Shown here piece by piece: positions 1-12,437 of a stretch of 64,000 bases of DNA. How positions within the stretch are numbered: position 1 is the first letter of the stretch; every line of letters starts with the position of its first letter. The translations under genes and the position numbers were made by a program. Below the pieces are notes generated by a model that saw nothing but the letters and a program-made list of their open reading frames with translations, did no database searches and was not told the DNA's origin. Origin of the DNA: Azolla caroliniana (lineage: Eukaryota; Plantae; Polypodiophyta); contig JBHGNT010000012.1 in the NCBI GenBank assembly GCA_043228905.1, forward strand, positions 16,802,001-16,866,000, given 5' to 3'.

Positions 1-10
1 TAATCATTCA

Positions 11-3000
11 ATGGCTCAGAATAACGACCCGATGCCCTCCGCTCAAGCGGAAAGACCTCAAGGAAATCCTCCTGGGACAATGTCCATTGAGGCGTATATT
101 TTACAAGTACAACATTTCCTTAGTTCAACCGCGCAGCAGTTGACCGAATTTCGGCAATCTCAAAGTGCTCTCGAGGCACGAGTCATTAGTCTCCAAAATG
201 AGATTAATAGACCTGATGAGCGTCAGGGTGAACCATCATTTGTCGTAAAGCCATTTACGGGAGATAAAAAGGAAAGAACCGAAGAAGCAATCTGCACGTG
301 GCTGGGCCGATGGGAGTCTCATTTTGAGCTCTATCCCACGCCAGATAGTACGAAGATTGCATATGTCGGCCGAGAACTAGGGGGTAAGGCCGCCGCTTGG
401 TGGCGTGGGCTCCGAACTTTGGGGAGATTGCCCGAGACCTGGACAGACTTTGTCACAGTTTTCAAGGGTCAATTTCTACAACCTCCCTCTCGAACCGAGG
501 CAGCACAAGCTTTAATGAACCTCTCTAGCAGGAAGTTTTCCTCGCTAGAAGACTATGTCCACCATGCTAGAACCCAAATCCAAAAATCGGGTCTAGAAGG
601 GGACAATTGGTTAATAGCTTGTTTTGTCAATGGCATCCCCAATTCGGACTATCACTGGATAGTGCACGATAAGGATCCAAAATCCTTCGAAGAGGCCGTT
701 GAGATAGTTCTTCGCTATCAACGCACTTTGAAGAAGGACCATAACAAACCCCACGAAGCGCCCGGGACTAAGCAGTCGCAATTCGTTGGGAAACGCAAGA
801 CACCCAACGAATTCATGGATCGCGATAATAAGCGACAACATCCTTTTTGCGTATTCTGCAAAAAGAAGGGTCATACAAAAGAGCAATGTCGTAAGCTCCA
901 ACGAAAAGAGCACGACGCCAAACCTAAAGCTACAGACCATAAAGGTCAGATTCCTAATGTCCTTCAGGTCTATACACATCATTTGAGTAATTGTCAATGT
1001 TCTTTCCCTCATTATGTATTGGGTCCCAATGATTTACTACGTGCAAACGGGTATATCGATGGATCTCCCGTACAATTTTTATTTGATTCGGGAAGCTCAC
1101 ACAATTTTGTTAATGATCGTTTGGTACAGATATGGGGAATCCAACCCACCGTAAGTGATCACACCTACACGGTGCACTTGGCTGATGGAAGAGTACAACA
1201 CATCAACGGGGCGATTCATTCTTTAGGAATTTCTATTGATACCTATATAGAGGAAGTAGACTTCCATGTAATGAATCTTAGTACCACCGATGTAATACTG
1301 GGTTATCCCTGGTTTTATAATAAAAGCTCTTCTTTATTTATTGATTGGGTTCGCCATTCCATTTCTTTTGTACTCAACGATTGTACGCATTTTATTCAAT
1401 GTGTAACAAAACAATCCCTCTCGATTGTTACCTCGTGTCCATCAATATCCGAGTTGTCTTGTTCTACGTTATTTTATTGTGTACTTGATCCGGACATTCA
1501 CGTTTACAATATCGATAATGTCTCGGGTCAATTAACATATTTTGAACAAAAACAACTTGATGAAATCGTAAACGATTTTCGTGATGTTTTTCCGAGTGAA
1601 CTACCCGATGGTTTACCTCCTAAACGTAATATAGACCATCGTATAGATATTGTACCTGGCATTGCACCCATTAGTATACCTCCGTATCGCCTAAGTCGAT
1701 CTGAAGAGGATGAGGTAGCAAAGCAACTTAAGGACTATTTACGAATGGGTTATATACGTTATAGTAAATCTCCATGGGGTGCACCAGTTCTCTTGGTTAA
1801 AAAGAAAGAGGGCACATGGCGTATGTGTATTAATTACCGACGCTTGAATAAAGTGACGATCAAGAATTCGTACCCATTGCCCCGGGCTGACGATCTAATT
1901 GACCGTCTCCAGGGAGCTCGGTATTTTACGAAACTTGATCTCCGTACTGGCTACCATCAAATACGAATAAGTGAGGACGATGTTCCTAAAACAGCATTTC
2001 GTACGCGCTACGGCCATTATGAGTTTTTGGTTATGCCTTTTGGTTTGACCAATGCTCCGGCTACATTTCAACAAGAAATGAATGACATTTTCCGAGAACA
2101 ACTTGGAAAATTTGTCGTTATCTTCTTAGATGATATTTTAGTTTATAGCCGTACATTACAAGAACTGCGTGACAAACAATTTTACGCGAAGATCTCAAAA
2201 TGTGAGTTCTTCAAGAAATCAATTACTTATCTTGGACATCTCATAACCGAACGAGGAGTTGAAATTGATCCTTCTCGCATCGAGAAAATCAAGCTTTGGC
2301 CCACTCTTCGGAATATTCGAGAAGTTCGATCATTCCTTGGTTTTGTCGGATTTTTGCGAAAATCTCTTCGTAATTACTCACAATTGACGACGCCGTTTAC
2401 TGATCTTCTAAAAGGTCAAACGCGTAAGTCTACAAAACCTATTGTGTGGAATGCTACACTAGACCTCGCCTTTAAGGAACTCAAGGACTTGGTATGCAAG
2501 GCTCCTTCACTTCTTTTACCCGATCCTTCAAAACCTTTTGAGGTTGAAACCGACGCAAGCGATTATGCTATAGGTGCTGTCTTGTATCAAGATGGTAAAC
2601 CAATAGCATTCGAGAGTAAGAAACTTGATTCTGCTCAATGTCGGTATACCGTTCAAGAAAAGGAATTATTTGCGGTTATACATGCGCTCAAAACATGGCG
2701 CCATTATCTTTATGGAAATCGCTTTGTGGTAACTACGGACCACGAGTCCTTGAAATATTTTTGTGACCAACAAGACCTGAAAGGTCGTAAGGCACGATGG
2801 GCTGATCTCATCCAGGACTTTGATTTTTCCATACGATATCGTAAAGGTTCCATGAATACTGTCGCTGATGCACTAAGTCGCATCCGTGAAGTTAACATGC
2901 TTAGCTTCACTGAAATAACATCAGATCTTTATGATCACCTTCGAGGAAAGTATCTTGATGACAATTATTTTGCAAAATACTGGGCAAGAGTCGAGTCTGG

Positions 3001-4411
3001 AACAGACACCACCACACCCTCGAAGGAATACTTCCACATTGCTAACGGTCTGCTCTACCGTAATGGGAAGGTTTGTGTTCCAGATTTACCTGAGGTCAAA
3101 AAGAGAATTCTTTTTGAATGCCATGATGCACCCTCAGCAGGGCACCCTGGAATACATCGTACACTCGTTCTCATCTCCACTCAATTTTATTGGCCTAAGA
3201 TGCGTCCTGACATACATAGCTATGTGACTAAATGTCACCAATGTCAGGTTAACAAAGCCGAGCGACTTAAAGCCGCAGGACTTTTACATCCCTTGGACAT
3301 TCCCAATAATAAGTGGGAAAGTATATCCATGGATTTTATTGTTAGCCTTCCTCGCACCCAAAAAGGTCATGATGCCATATGGGTTGTGGTTGACAGACTA
3401 ACTAAAATGGCCAGATTTATTGCTACTAAAACCATGGTAACAGCTCCTGAATTGGCTTACCAATTCGTTGATGAGTTATTTCGTTTTTACGGGTTACCGA
3501 TGGATATCGTGAGTGACCGAGATCCGAAGTTTACTAGTGACTTCTGGACGCAAGTCTTTAAGAAGTTAGAAACTACGTTGAGCATGAGCTCCACGGATCA
3601 TCCTCAATCCGATGGACAGACAGAACGAGTAAATCAAATTATTGAGGACATGCTTCGAGCATACGTTGGTGCAAAACCAACAAAATGGGAACGTTATCTC
3701 CCAATTTTGGAGTTTGCTTATAACAGCTCCAAGCATACGTCGACAGGATATAGTCCTTTTATGTTGATGTATGGATTTCAGCCACGAGCCCCGATTGATG
3801 TTAATATACATCATGATGAGTTGCGAAGTACGCAAAACTTTCTTCGGGATATGCAAGATATGTTGCATATTGCACGGGATAATATAAAAACAGCTCAAGA
3901 TAGAGCGCGTTTTTATGCCGATCATCATAGGCAACCTCGTGTATTCAGCCCTGGACAGAAGGTATTTTTACGTGTACCTCACAATTCTAAGACATTGTCT
4001 ACGGGTAAGTGCGCTAAGTTAGCCCCACGGTTTTGTGGACCTTTTACAGTCCTCAAACGCATTGGATCATCAGCCTATCGTCTCGCTCTTCCCGATGGTG
4101 TTGGAATCCATCCAGTCTTTCATGTAAGTCGTCTAAAAGAACTTCTAGGTTCTGGCGACAATACAGTTACAACTGAAACTCTGGTTACTTCTGAAGATTT
4201 ATCTTCTAAACCACATGTACCAGAAAGAATTCTCGATGTTAAAACAAAAAAATTACGTGCTAAGGAAATCCGAGAATTTAAAATAAAATGGATGGATAAA
4301 TCAATCAAAGATGCCACATGGGAACGCGAAACGACTCTAAGAACTAACTTCCCTTACTTTCCATTGCAAGAGTGCAATGTTTTAAAGAGGGGGAGTATGT
4401 TACGGGCATGA
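11..4411 (+). CDS. Ty3/gypsy chromovirus Gag-Pol polyprotein (Gag-zinc knuckle-PR-RT-RNaseH-IN-chromodomain)
   Basis: 1466-aa ORF. Motifs: [14 protein letters not shown] zinc knuckle, [11 protein letters not shown] protease, [27 protein letters not shown] RNase [13 protein letters not shown] plus MDF/SDRD/QTER integrase, GPF, and C-terminal chromodomain (PERILD..FKIKW..DATWE). Confidence 0.97.
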   Translation: MAQNNDPMPSAQAERPQGNPPGTMSIEAYILQVQHFLSSTAQQLTEFRQSQSALEARVISLQNEINRPDERQGEPSFVVKPFTGDKKERTEEAICTWLGRWESHFELYPTPDSTKIAYVGRELGGKAAAWWRGLRTLGRLPETWTDFVTVFKGQFLQPPSRTEAAQALMNLSSRKFSSLEDYVHHARTQIQKSGLEGDNWLIACFVNGIPNSDYHWIVHDKDPKSFEEAVEIVLRYQRTLKKDHNKPHEAPGTKQSQFVGKRKTPNEFMDRDNKRQHPFCVFCKKKGHTKEQCRKLQRKEHDAKPKATDHKGQIPNVLQVYTHHLSNCQCSFPHYVLGPNDLLRANGYIDGSPVQFLFDSGSSHNFVNDRLVQIWGIQPTVSDHTYTVHLADGRVQHINGAIHSLGISIDTYIEEVDFHVMNLSTTDVILGYPWFYNKSSSLFIDWVRHSISFVLNDCTHFIQCVTKQSLSIVTSCPSISELSCSTLFYCVLDPDIHVYNIDNVSGQLTYFEQKQLDEIVNDFRDVFPSELPDGLPPKRNIDHRIDIVPGIAPISIPPYRLSRSEEDEVAKQLKDYLRMGYIRYSKSPWGAPVLLVKKKEGTWRMCINYRRLNKVTIKNSYPLPRADDLIDRLQGARYFTKLDLRTGYHQIRISEDDVPKTAFRTRYGHYEFLVMPFGLTNAPATFQQEMNDIFREQLGKFVVIFLDDILVYSRTLQELRDKQFYAKISKCEFFKKSITYLGHLITERGVEIDPSRIEKIKLWPTLRNIREVRSFLGFVGFLRKSLRNYSQLTTPFTDLLKGQTRKSTKPIVWNATLDLAFKELKDLVCKAPSLLLPDPSKPFEVETDASDYAIGAVLYQDGKPIAFESKKLDSAQCRYTVQEKELFAVIHALKTWRHYLYGNRFVVTTDHESLKYFCDQQDLKGRKARWADLIQDFDFSIRYRKGSMNTVADALSRIREVNMLSFTEITSDLYDHLRGKYLDDNYFAKYWARVESGTDTTTPSKEYFHIANGLLYRNGKVCVPDLPEVKKRILFECHDAPSAGHPGIHRTLVLISTQFYWPKMRPDIHSYVTKCHQCQVNKAERLKAAGLLHPLDIPNNKWESISMDFIVSLPRTQKGHDAIWVVVDRLTKMARFIATKTMVTAPELAYQFVDELFRFYGLPMDIVSDRDPKFTSDFWTQVFKKLETTLSMSSTDHPQSDGQTERVNQIIEDMLRAYVGAKPTKWERYLPILEFAYNSSKHTSTGYSPFMLMYGFQPRAPIDVNIHHDELRSTQNFLRDMQDMLHIARDNIKTAQDRARFYADHHRQPRVFSPGQKVFLRVPHNSKTLSTGKCAKLAPRFCGPFTVLKRIGSSAYRLALPDGVGIHPVFHVSRLKELLGSGDNTVTTETLVTSEDLSSKPHVPERILDVKTKKLRAKEIREFKIKWMDKSIKDATWERETTLRTNFPYFPLQECNVLKRGSMLRA

Positions 4412-4870
4412 CCATATAATATCCCGTGGTGAGAATTGTCGTAGTATTCTATACACGTGGATAAGTGTGAGGGTTAAACAAAGAGTCTAAAGAAGGGGAG
4501 GATTACTTTTAATCCTCGGGATTGAGACAACCCATGAGGCCAAGTGTGAACATGGCTGGGGGCCTTGAGAATTACTATAAATAAGAGGCCTAGCTACCCT
4601 CATTTCATCATGCATTGACTACGTCGAGACTCTGTCCGTGAGTGGAACGACTCTTGTAGTAAGCGCGCTATCGTCCAGGTACGACTCGACGCCAAGGCGG
4701 TGGTATGGGACGCCGATCGAGGCTCGAGTCCGTCTCGATCCCTTCGCTCGGGGGTGGTCGGGTGGATCGGCACCCTTCTTTCTCTCTTTTCTCTCTATTC
4801 TTTCTAGATCTATCATTGATATATCCTTATTTTATGCTTACTTTAGTACCTAATCTCTAATAAGATGACA
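4398..4870 (+). mobile_element. 3' LTR of the chromovirus
   Basis: PPT AAAGAGGGGGAG (4384-4395), then TGTTAC...ATGACA. TATA-like CTATAAATA at ~4575. Sequence switches to copia-type pol right after 4870. Confidence 0.8.
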
Positions 4871-6255
4871 CTCGACAAACCGGCTAGATTCGGACAAGAT
4901 TCTGAACCGAAGAAGAAGAAGAAGAGGACACCAGAACCATACAAGATCCTGAATCGAATTCAGATTCAGAATAAACAGAGGAACCAGTTTTCGAAAATCA
5001 AGGTCGGAGATATCCTCTCAGAGAGAGAAGGCCCCCTCAGAGATTTCCGGATGCAGAACATGTGTTGCTGACCGACGAGGGGGAGCCGGAAAGCATCGAG
5101 GAAGCAAAGAAAGACACCCACAGCCGCAAGTGGTTAAGTGCCATGCGGGACGAGATGGATTTCCTACATGAGAAACACGCATACAAATTGACGGAGTTGC
5201 CGAAAGGAAAGAGGGCACTCCAAAACAAGTGGGTGTACAAGTTGAAACCAGGAGACGCCGGAAATCCACCAAGGTACAAAGCCTGAATCGTGGTGAAGGG
5301 GTTCTAGTAGAAGAAAGGTGTGGATTTTGATGAGATCTTTGCCCCAATTATAAAGATGACATCCATCCGGACAGTATTGAGCATAGCGGCAAGCATGGAC
5401 CTCGAGGTAGAGCAACTAGACGTCAAGATAGTGTTTCTCCATGGTGACCTCGAAGAGGAGATCTACATGTAGCAACTGGAAGGATTCGTGAAGAAAGGGA
5501 AGGAGCACCTGGTGTGCCGGTTGAAGAAGAGCTTATACGGACTAAAGCAAGCTCCCCGGCAATGGTACTGGAAGTTCGACTCCTTCATGACCGACCAAGA
5601 GTACCACAAAACGCAAGTTGACCACTACTTGTTCGTGAAGAAATTTGACGGAGGCGACTTCATGATACTCCTGCTATATGCGGACGACATGTTGATCGTC
5701 GGACAAGACCAGATCAAGATTCGAATGTTGAAGAAGGCTCGGAACCAGACCTTCTCAATGCAAGATTTGGGTCCGCCAAGACAGATTTTAGGGATGCACA
5801 TCATCCGGGATCGGTCGAAGAAGTTGTAGTGGTTGTCACAAGAGAAGTACGTGACAAAGGTGCTTCAAAGGTTCAACATGTCGGAGGCGAAACCGGTCGA
5901 ATTGACACTTCTGGAAAGCAGAGCCCGAAGACAAAGGCAAAGAAGTCGAATATGACGAAGTTACCATATGCCTCTACTGTTGGAAGCTTAATGTACGCAA
6001 TGGTGTGCACCCGGCCGGATATTGCATATGTTGTTGGAGTAGTCTGTCGGTTCATCAGCAATCCGGGAAGAGAGCACTAGAACTCGGTCAAGTGGATACC
6101 CTTGTATCTGAAAGGCACCTCGAGTATTTGCCTCTAGTTTGGCTTCGGTAAACCCCAACTTGACGGATTGACGGATTTGGATATGTCGGTTGATGCGGAT
6201 ACCAGCCGGTCTACATTTTGATATGTCATGACCTATGTAGGGGGAGCCGTATCAT
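4871..6255 (+). pseudogene. Degenerate Ty1/copia RT and start of RNase H (Tnt1/Tork-like); host of the gypsy insertion
   Basis: Fragments EPESIEEA..KWLSAMRDEM, NKWVYKLK, LKKSLYGLKQAPRQW, LLLYADDMLI, YAMVCTRPDIAY, with several stops and frameshifts. Confidence 0.9.
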
Positions 6256-6622
6256 CCCAAAATGCATATAAGTATAAATATGACTTAGGGCAATCACTTT
6301 AGCATATGGTGTAGTAGTTGTTGCTAGTTGTATCATCGATGTACACAGAGAGTGAGAGAGAGAGAGAGAGATACAGAACTAGTTTTCTGTTGTAACCACT
6401 GGTTGGCGAAGACATAGAGCTCGAGGTCATTGCCTCTGAGTCTCTCATTGTATTCTTTTGTCTCCTATAGTGAAAGTTGGAGCTTGTGGGCTCCCCTGGT
6501 TTTTCTTGTTAGGGTCTTCCACGTAAACATCATGTGCCATCCGGTTTTAGTTTGTTCTCTTCCATTCGTTGTTTAAGACTCGATTGTGTCCGAGCGTTAT
6601 TTCCGCATAGTGGCTCCCATCA
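6256..6622 (+). mobile_element. Truncated copia 3' LTR fused by deletion to RNase H
   Basis: Shares AGTATAAATATGACTTAGGGCAA, a (GA)n tract and TTCCACGTAAACATC with the solo LTR at 48872-49544. Ends ...CCCATCA. PPT and 5' part of U3 are missing. Confidence 0.7.
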
Positions 6623-6658
6623 CGTGTGTGAATGAAACAGGGAGGAAACATAGGGAAA

Positions 6659-7285
6659 TGTTGCCACTCACACCAGAAGCACAGAAGATGATGCTTAACG
6701 CAGAGATCTTTCAAAACTAGACATGAGAACGAATGAATTGCATTGGGACAAACTTTAACCAGGCTATTGCAATGTAGCTCAAGAGCGAACAGTCTATCGC
6801 ATGGCACATGTATCGGAAGCCATAGTTCAAGAGAAGATACTTGTTTGGCAGAAGAACTCCTATATTGGAGCAATACCATGTTGCAACTAAGCTTGTTGTG
6901 AATAGCTTCCCTGATCTTTTAACCATGGATGTTGTTCGCGCATGAGGGAGGGTTAAAAGGGGAAGAAAAAAAGACACACACACAATAACAGAATAGACAA
7001 ACATGCAAAGAGAATGAGACATTAGTGAAGGAGAGGGAGAGTGAGGGAGGGAGAGAGTGACTTCTTCTCAAGGGAGGTTCAGTAGTAGGGGGTTTATATA
7101 GTACACATAATGTAACGGTTACATAATATGACTGTTACAAAAGAAGACCGTTACACACATGCACATAATTGTGCATGTGTCATACACATATTTTTCCTCG
7201 CTCACACTCGTATGCATTACACATTTACCACAACCTATTTATCGCATTGACCCTTACACCGCCCCGTACACTCCTACGGGCAACA
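6659..7285 (-). mobile_element. Probable solo LTR
   Basis: 7-bp terminal inverted repeat TGTTGCC...GGCAACA; TATATAAA on the minus strand at ~7093-7100. No matching TSD. Confidence 0.45.
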
Positions 7286-7790
7286 ATATGGAGTAGTGCA
7301 CGATAAGCGGCGATTAGCAAGCAACAAGGAAGGAGCAACAAGCATCAAGTAAGGATCAATGAGCAGCAATGAAGGATTGACGACCAACAAGCAATGATCA
7401 ACAAGGAAGGAGTAGCAACTAACGAGCAACGATCAGTGAGGAAGGACTCAGGCGCAACGATCAATGAGGAAGGAGCAACGGGCAGTGAGCAGCAATCAGC
7501 AAACAGGGAGGATGCAGCAAGCAGGAAATCACAGACAGACACATGTGCACTCACCCCACAATATGGAGTAGCAAGCACTAAGCGACGATCACCAAGCAGC
7601 AAGGAAGGAGCAACGAGCATCGAGGAAGGATCAATGACTAGCGATCAACTAGGAAGGAGCAACAACTAACGAGCAACGATCAGTGAGGAAGGACTCAGGA
7701 GCAATGATCAGTGAGGAAGGAGCAACGAGCAATGAGCAATGATTAGTGAGGAAGCAACGAGCAGGAAATCCCATACAAACACAAACATAG
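7286..7790. repeat. Purine-rich ~275-bp degenerate tandem duplication with internal GAGCAAC/AAGGAAGG repeats
   Basis: ATATGGAGTAG...AAGGAAGGAGCAAC...AAGGATCAATGA occurs at 7286 and 7561. Confidence 0.6.
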
Positions 7791-8119
7791 AGACGTGCTT
7801 AGTCCTCCGTAGAAGGATTGACAGAATCAGAAAGAAAGAAGGAAAGAAAGATATATTAACGTCTTCTAAGACCAAAAATGGCCCATGAGACAATTGGTTT
7901 ACAATAAAATTGGGGTATTTACCCATTCATCGAAAGTAAAAATTAAAATAAAATAAAATAAAATAAAACGTAAGCTAAAGAGTTCTAGCAAAAAAAACAT
8001 GTTTGTTTCTACTCCACGTCGAGTTGCTTTGAAACCCAACATCCGAGGGCGTTTCGTTGTTCTTTGCATTTCTGCTTCTTCAAGAGAGAAGGTCGAGTGG
8101 TGTAGGTGTGTCCACATTC

Positions 8120-8477
8120 ATCGTCTCCCCTTGTTCCTAAAAAATTGTATTAGTTACATGGTGGTGAATATTAAAATGATTATGGTTAACATTTTGTAGT
8201 TTTTCCTCCCTATGTTGTTTTAGCTCTAAGATATACCTACCTACTCTCTTTATATCCGAGGTATCTAATAGTTTGGAGAGGGTCCTAATATGTCTTGGTA
8301 TTTCACCCTTATCTCGGCATAAGTTGGACACTTGCATGTAAAATGATACTCATCCTCTATCTCTATGTGACATAACCTACATAGCCTTTCCTCTTTGGGG
8401 ACTCCATTAGTACGACCATTCTCAATCTCATGTTGGTGAGATGATATCCTAAGTTGTCCAATGGCCACCCTTAGTGC
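8120..8477 (-). mobile_element. 3' end of a LINE ORF2 with an RTE-X/L2-like C-terminal zinc domain
   Basis: [15 protein letters not shown]...[29 protein letters not shown]; continues after a frameshift as [19 protein letters not shown]. Confidence 0.7.
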
Positions 8478-9789
8478 AATTGTCTCAGAGGGAAGAGAAA
8501 TGTTGAAGCGGGGGTGGAGACCGTACTTTGCGAAAAATGGAGTAACGCTCGTTATGCAAAGAGTTGTTGTAGGCGAACTCGGCAAGTGGGACCCATAAAT
8601 TGGGCCAAAGGGAGGACTGGCACCTTCTTGCAGATCGATCGGACAGTCGTAGGGTCGATGCTCGGGCAAGCGATCAACATTCTTTTTCTCAAACACGTCC
8701 TCGAAGTCTTCATCCTTGGACAACAATGAGTTTGTAGTTTTCTTCATTGGACTGCTCGACTCAGAGGCACTATGTACTATTTTCTTCACTGTGATTGGGA
8801 CGTGAGCATCCGCCTTGGAGTTGATTCCTGCTTTAATGGAAGGGTGAGTGCTTGAAATTAATTTGTGCCATATTGTTGCCGCAACATGAGATACTACTTG
8901 CACCTCCGAGTTGGTTTGCGAGAAAGTAATCGAGTGGTAGCGCCAATTGACAATTGGATTCTATGCCTTCAGTCAGGACAAACCAAGTATGACCGGATGT
9001 CGCGGTGAAGTGATAACATAAAATGTTAAGACCTCCTAGTGGTTCCTGAGCTGTAAGATAAGTGGGACGGTGGCTTCGGTGACTGCTCTAGAAGAGAGCA
9101 TGTGTCCATCGATAGCTTCCACTTGGATTGGTTTGGACAATCGGACGACCGGAAATTTGTGTTTACGAACGAACATCACATGCTAATTGTCGTAGAGAGC
9201 TTGGCCATCCCACTGAACATCACATGCTAATTGTCTAAATTCAAAGGCATAAACGGATATCGGACGCATACCTTGATGTAATAAATAGAGTTTGGTGATG
9301 GCAGTTTGGCTTCGGTCCGTAACCCCAAATGTCACCTCAAACTCTGCCAGAAAGGCATGAAAATTTTGTAGAAGTGGTGATGAAGTTTCGACCAACGGTG
9401 CAAACCAGGCTTGTGTAGCTCCTAACAGAAGGGTCCCAATGAGACCAACTTGACGAAAATCATATGCATACCGTTGGGGTTGTAGTTGGATAATAAGCTC
9501 GATTTGATTTATGAACCCTCAAATGCGCTTCATCATGCCATCGAACTTATCAGGTAAACTAACCTTGGGCTCCATACTTGTAGTGGGATGGAGAGGAGTT
9601 GTTTGTTGATGCAGGAGGAGAGTTGTTTTTATCTTCGAGTTCCATCAGTGTTCCAACTTGAAGCTTCCGTAATGATTCCCGAATGTTGTCATTCTCAAGT
9701 TGAAGTTGATGCATGGCTTCCATGAGCTGATTTACTCTCTCGGTAAGATCTGACATGCTGAGGCTTAGAAAATGGGAAGGTGAACAAAT

Positions 9790-10183
9790 TGTCACGGACA
9801 GGTAGATGAGGCTAAATACTAAGAGAGAGCGAGAGCATAAGCAAGAGAACAAGAAAGGGAGAGTGAGAGAATAGACAAGATAAAAAGAACTAATATTATG
9901 CTTCCGTAACTGGTGTTGTTCACCTTGATTGTAATCAAGGTGCACCCGAGTATTTATACAAGAATGTGGAGGTATGCATGTAAGCTAGGAAACTTCTAGA
10001 GAATGCATATCTCTAGAAGTTTCTTGAAAGTTCTAGTGATTAACCTATAATGTAATAAGTTGGATCTTATACAATATAATAATGCATAGATGGATGTAGC
10101 TCAACTAGTAAGGTTGCCCAATAAGACCAGGAGGTCATGGGTTCAACCCCCCACATGCATCTTGTCTATGATAGTAGTGAACA
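9790..10183 (-). mobile_element. 5' LTR (394 bp) of the Tf1/Tcn1-type element
   Basis: Minus strand TGTTCAC...GTGACA; TATAAATA at 9958-9951; hairpin at 9990-10022; non-tRNA PBS immediately downstream. Confidence 0.75.
10090..10160 (+). other. tRNA-like Pol III cassette in LTR U3, antisense to the LTR
   Basis: A-box TAGCTCAACTAG, B-box GGTTCAACCC, acceptor-like pairing ATGGATG/CATGCAT (6/7). No intact anticodon arm. Confidence 0.7.
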
Positions 10184-10450
10184 ACGGTATTCCGAGAAGG
10201 CCTTTGGGAGGAAGGCACATTCAAACAAAAAACGAGTGATGGGTCGAAGTGCCTTGATGAAAGCAACAGGCGAGCGAATGATATGGTGGATCGGGTGGAA
10301 GCAATGGATGTGTTCAAAATGGAGGGACAAAGTCGGTGTGGGTGAGGTGCAAAGAAGAAGCAAATCAAAGGTTGACAACCTTTGGCCCCACTACCTCACT
10401 CTTTTTCTTCTTGGCACATGCCGGAGGATATGCAGTTTGGTGGGGGTGGA

Positions 10451-11047
10451 TGTCGTGAAGTGGTGTGTCTAGGGGAGAAAAAGTGAAAAAGTGTGGTTCC
10501 ACGCCCATTTCATAAACATTAAGGGCTAGTAACATTTGAGTGTATACAAAGGGGTGAGCAAGGTTTGAACCTTACACCTCCAAAATAGGAACCAATTGAC
10601 TTACCACTAGAGCTAGTAATGAGTGTTGATTTTATATATTTCCTTATCATATTCAGAATTCCATACAAAACCGTGTGCCTAAAACCACGGTTTTGTGCAT
10701 GTCACAAGCAAAACCGTATGCACAAAAATCATGGTTCCAAGCCCATGGTTTTGCACATGAAGAGAGCTATAAAACCCTAGTAGGGCTTGTGTAAAGGGCT
10801 TGTCATCATCAATAATATAATATTCTTCTTCTCATCTATCTTCTTCTCAAAGTGTACAATCTTCGATCTTCTCAAGTGTAATAGTGTTTCCTCGACTCTT
10901 AAAATTGACATCGTCCTCTTTTCAATAACTTGGCGAACGTTCTCCTTGGCGCAAATGTCCTCCCCGGTCCAAGACCCTGATGGTCCCGCTCGAGCGACGC
11001 ACGCACGAACGTGAATTTTCGCGACACACATGTGTATCTTCACGACA
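10451..11047 (+). mobile_element. LTR (597 bp), probably a 3' LTR
   Basis: Perfect 10-bp terminal IR TGTCGTGAAG...CTTCACGACA. Upstream PPT-like GGTGGGGGTGGA. TATAAAA at 10768. Right flank ACGT, then integrase of another element. Confidence 0.8.
10555..10622 (-). other. tRNA-like cassette in LTR U3, antisense
   Basis: Minus strand TAGCTCTAGTGGTAAG...GGAGGTGTAAGGTTCAAACCTTG (A-box, B-box, T-stem). Confidence 0.7.
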
Positions 11048-11130
11048 ACGTAGCTCAATTGTTTTACAAATATATTTGTAAGTATCATGGATTACTACAA
11101 ATCATCGTATCTAACTAGGATCTTAGGTTC

Positions 11131-12437
11131 ATGAGTGGATTTTGGGAAGAGTTGTTCAAGATTTTGGGCACGTAACTCCGTATGTCAACATCGGCACATC
11201 CTCAAACCGATGGACATACTGAGATGCTTAATCAGGGCATCGAAGACTATATTTGTTGTTACATCAAGGCATATCAATCAAATTGGGTGGAGCATGTTGA
11301 CATGCTTGAGTTCTGCTACAACGCAACTATCCACTCAACAACAGATTTCTCTCCATTCGAGCTATCAACGCAACTATCATGAGTGGATTTTGGCAAGAGT
11401 TGTTCAAGATTTTGGGCACGCAACTCTGTATGTCAACATCGGCGCATCCTCAAACCGATGGACATACTGAGATGCTTAATCAGGGCATCGAAGACTATAT
11501 TTGTTGTTACATCAAGGCATATCAATCAAATTGGGTGGAGCATGTTGACATGCTTGAGTTCTACTACAACGCAACTATCCACTCAACAACATATTTCTCT
11601 CCATTCGAGCTATCAACGCAACTATCATGAGTGGATTTTGGCAAGAGTTGTTCAAGATTTTGGGCACGCAACTTCGTATGTCAACATCGGCACATCCTCA
11701 AACCGATGGACATACTGAGATGCTTAATCAGGGCATCGAAGACTATATTTGTTGTTACATCAAGGCATATCAATCAAATTGGGTGGAGCATGTTGACATG
11801 CTTGAGTTCTGCTACAACGCAACTATCCACTCAACAACAGATTTCTCTCCATTCGAGCTATCAACGCAACTATCATGAGTGGATTTTGGCAAGAGTTGTT
11901 CAAGATTTTGGGCACGCAACTCCGTATGTCAACATCGGCGCATCCTCAAACCGATGGACATACTGAGATGCTTAATCAGGGCATCGAAGACTATATTTGT
12001 TGTTACATCAAGGCATATCAATCAAATTGGGTGGAGCATGTTGACATGCTTGAGTTCTACTACAACGCAACTATCCACTCAACAACATATTTCTCTCCAT
12101 TCGAGCTATCAACGCAACTATCATGAGTGGATTTTGGCAAGAGTTGTTCAAGATTTTGGGCACGCAACTCCGTATGTCAACATCGGCACATCCTCAAACC
12201 GATGGACATATTGAGATGCTTAATCAGGGCATCGAAGACTATATTTGTTGTTACATCAAGGCATATCAATCAAATTGGGTGGAGCATGTTGACATGCTTG
12301 AGTTCTGCTACAACGCAACTATCCACTCAACAACAGATTTCTCTCCATTCGAGCTATCAACGCAACTATCATGAGTGGATTTTGGCAAGAGTTGTTCAAG
12401 ATTTTGGGCACGCAACTCCGTATGTCAACATTGGCGT
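11131..12437 (+). repeat. 248-bp tandem array derived from integrase core (5 full units plus a partial sixth)
   Basis: ATGAGTGGATTTTGG recurs at 11131, 11379, 11627, 11875, 12123 and 12371; ORF translations are near-identical. Confidence 0.97.

Larger units (their letters stand above)
8478..10183 (-). mobile_element. Internally deleted Tf1/sushi/Tcn1-type gypsy element (5' LTR, gag, PR, start of RT, integrase remnant)
   Basis: Gag MSDLTERVNQLMEAMHQLQ...PDKFDG...AWFAPLVETSSPLLQNFHAFLAEF; [35 protein letters not shown] joined directly to integrase-like [13 protein letters not shown]. Confidence 0.8.

Noticed and set aside
11131-12437. CRISPR-like array or family of small 83/111-aa genes
   Set aside because: No unique spacers; units are whole-length duplicates of a retrotransposon integrase fragment.
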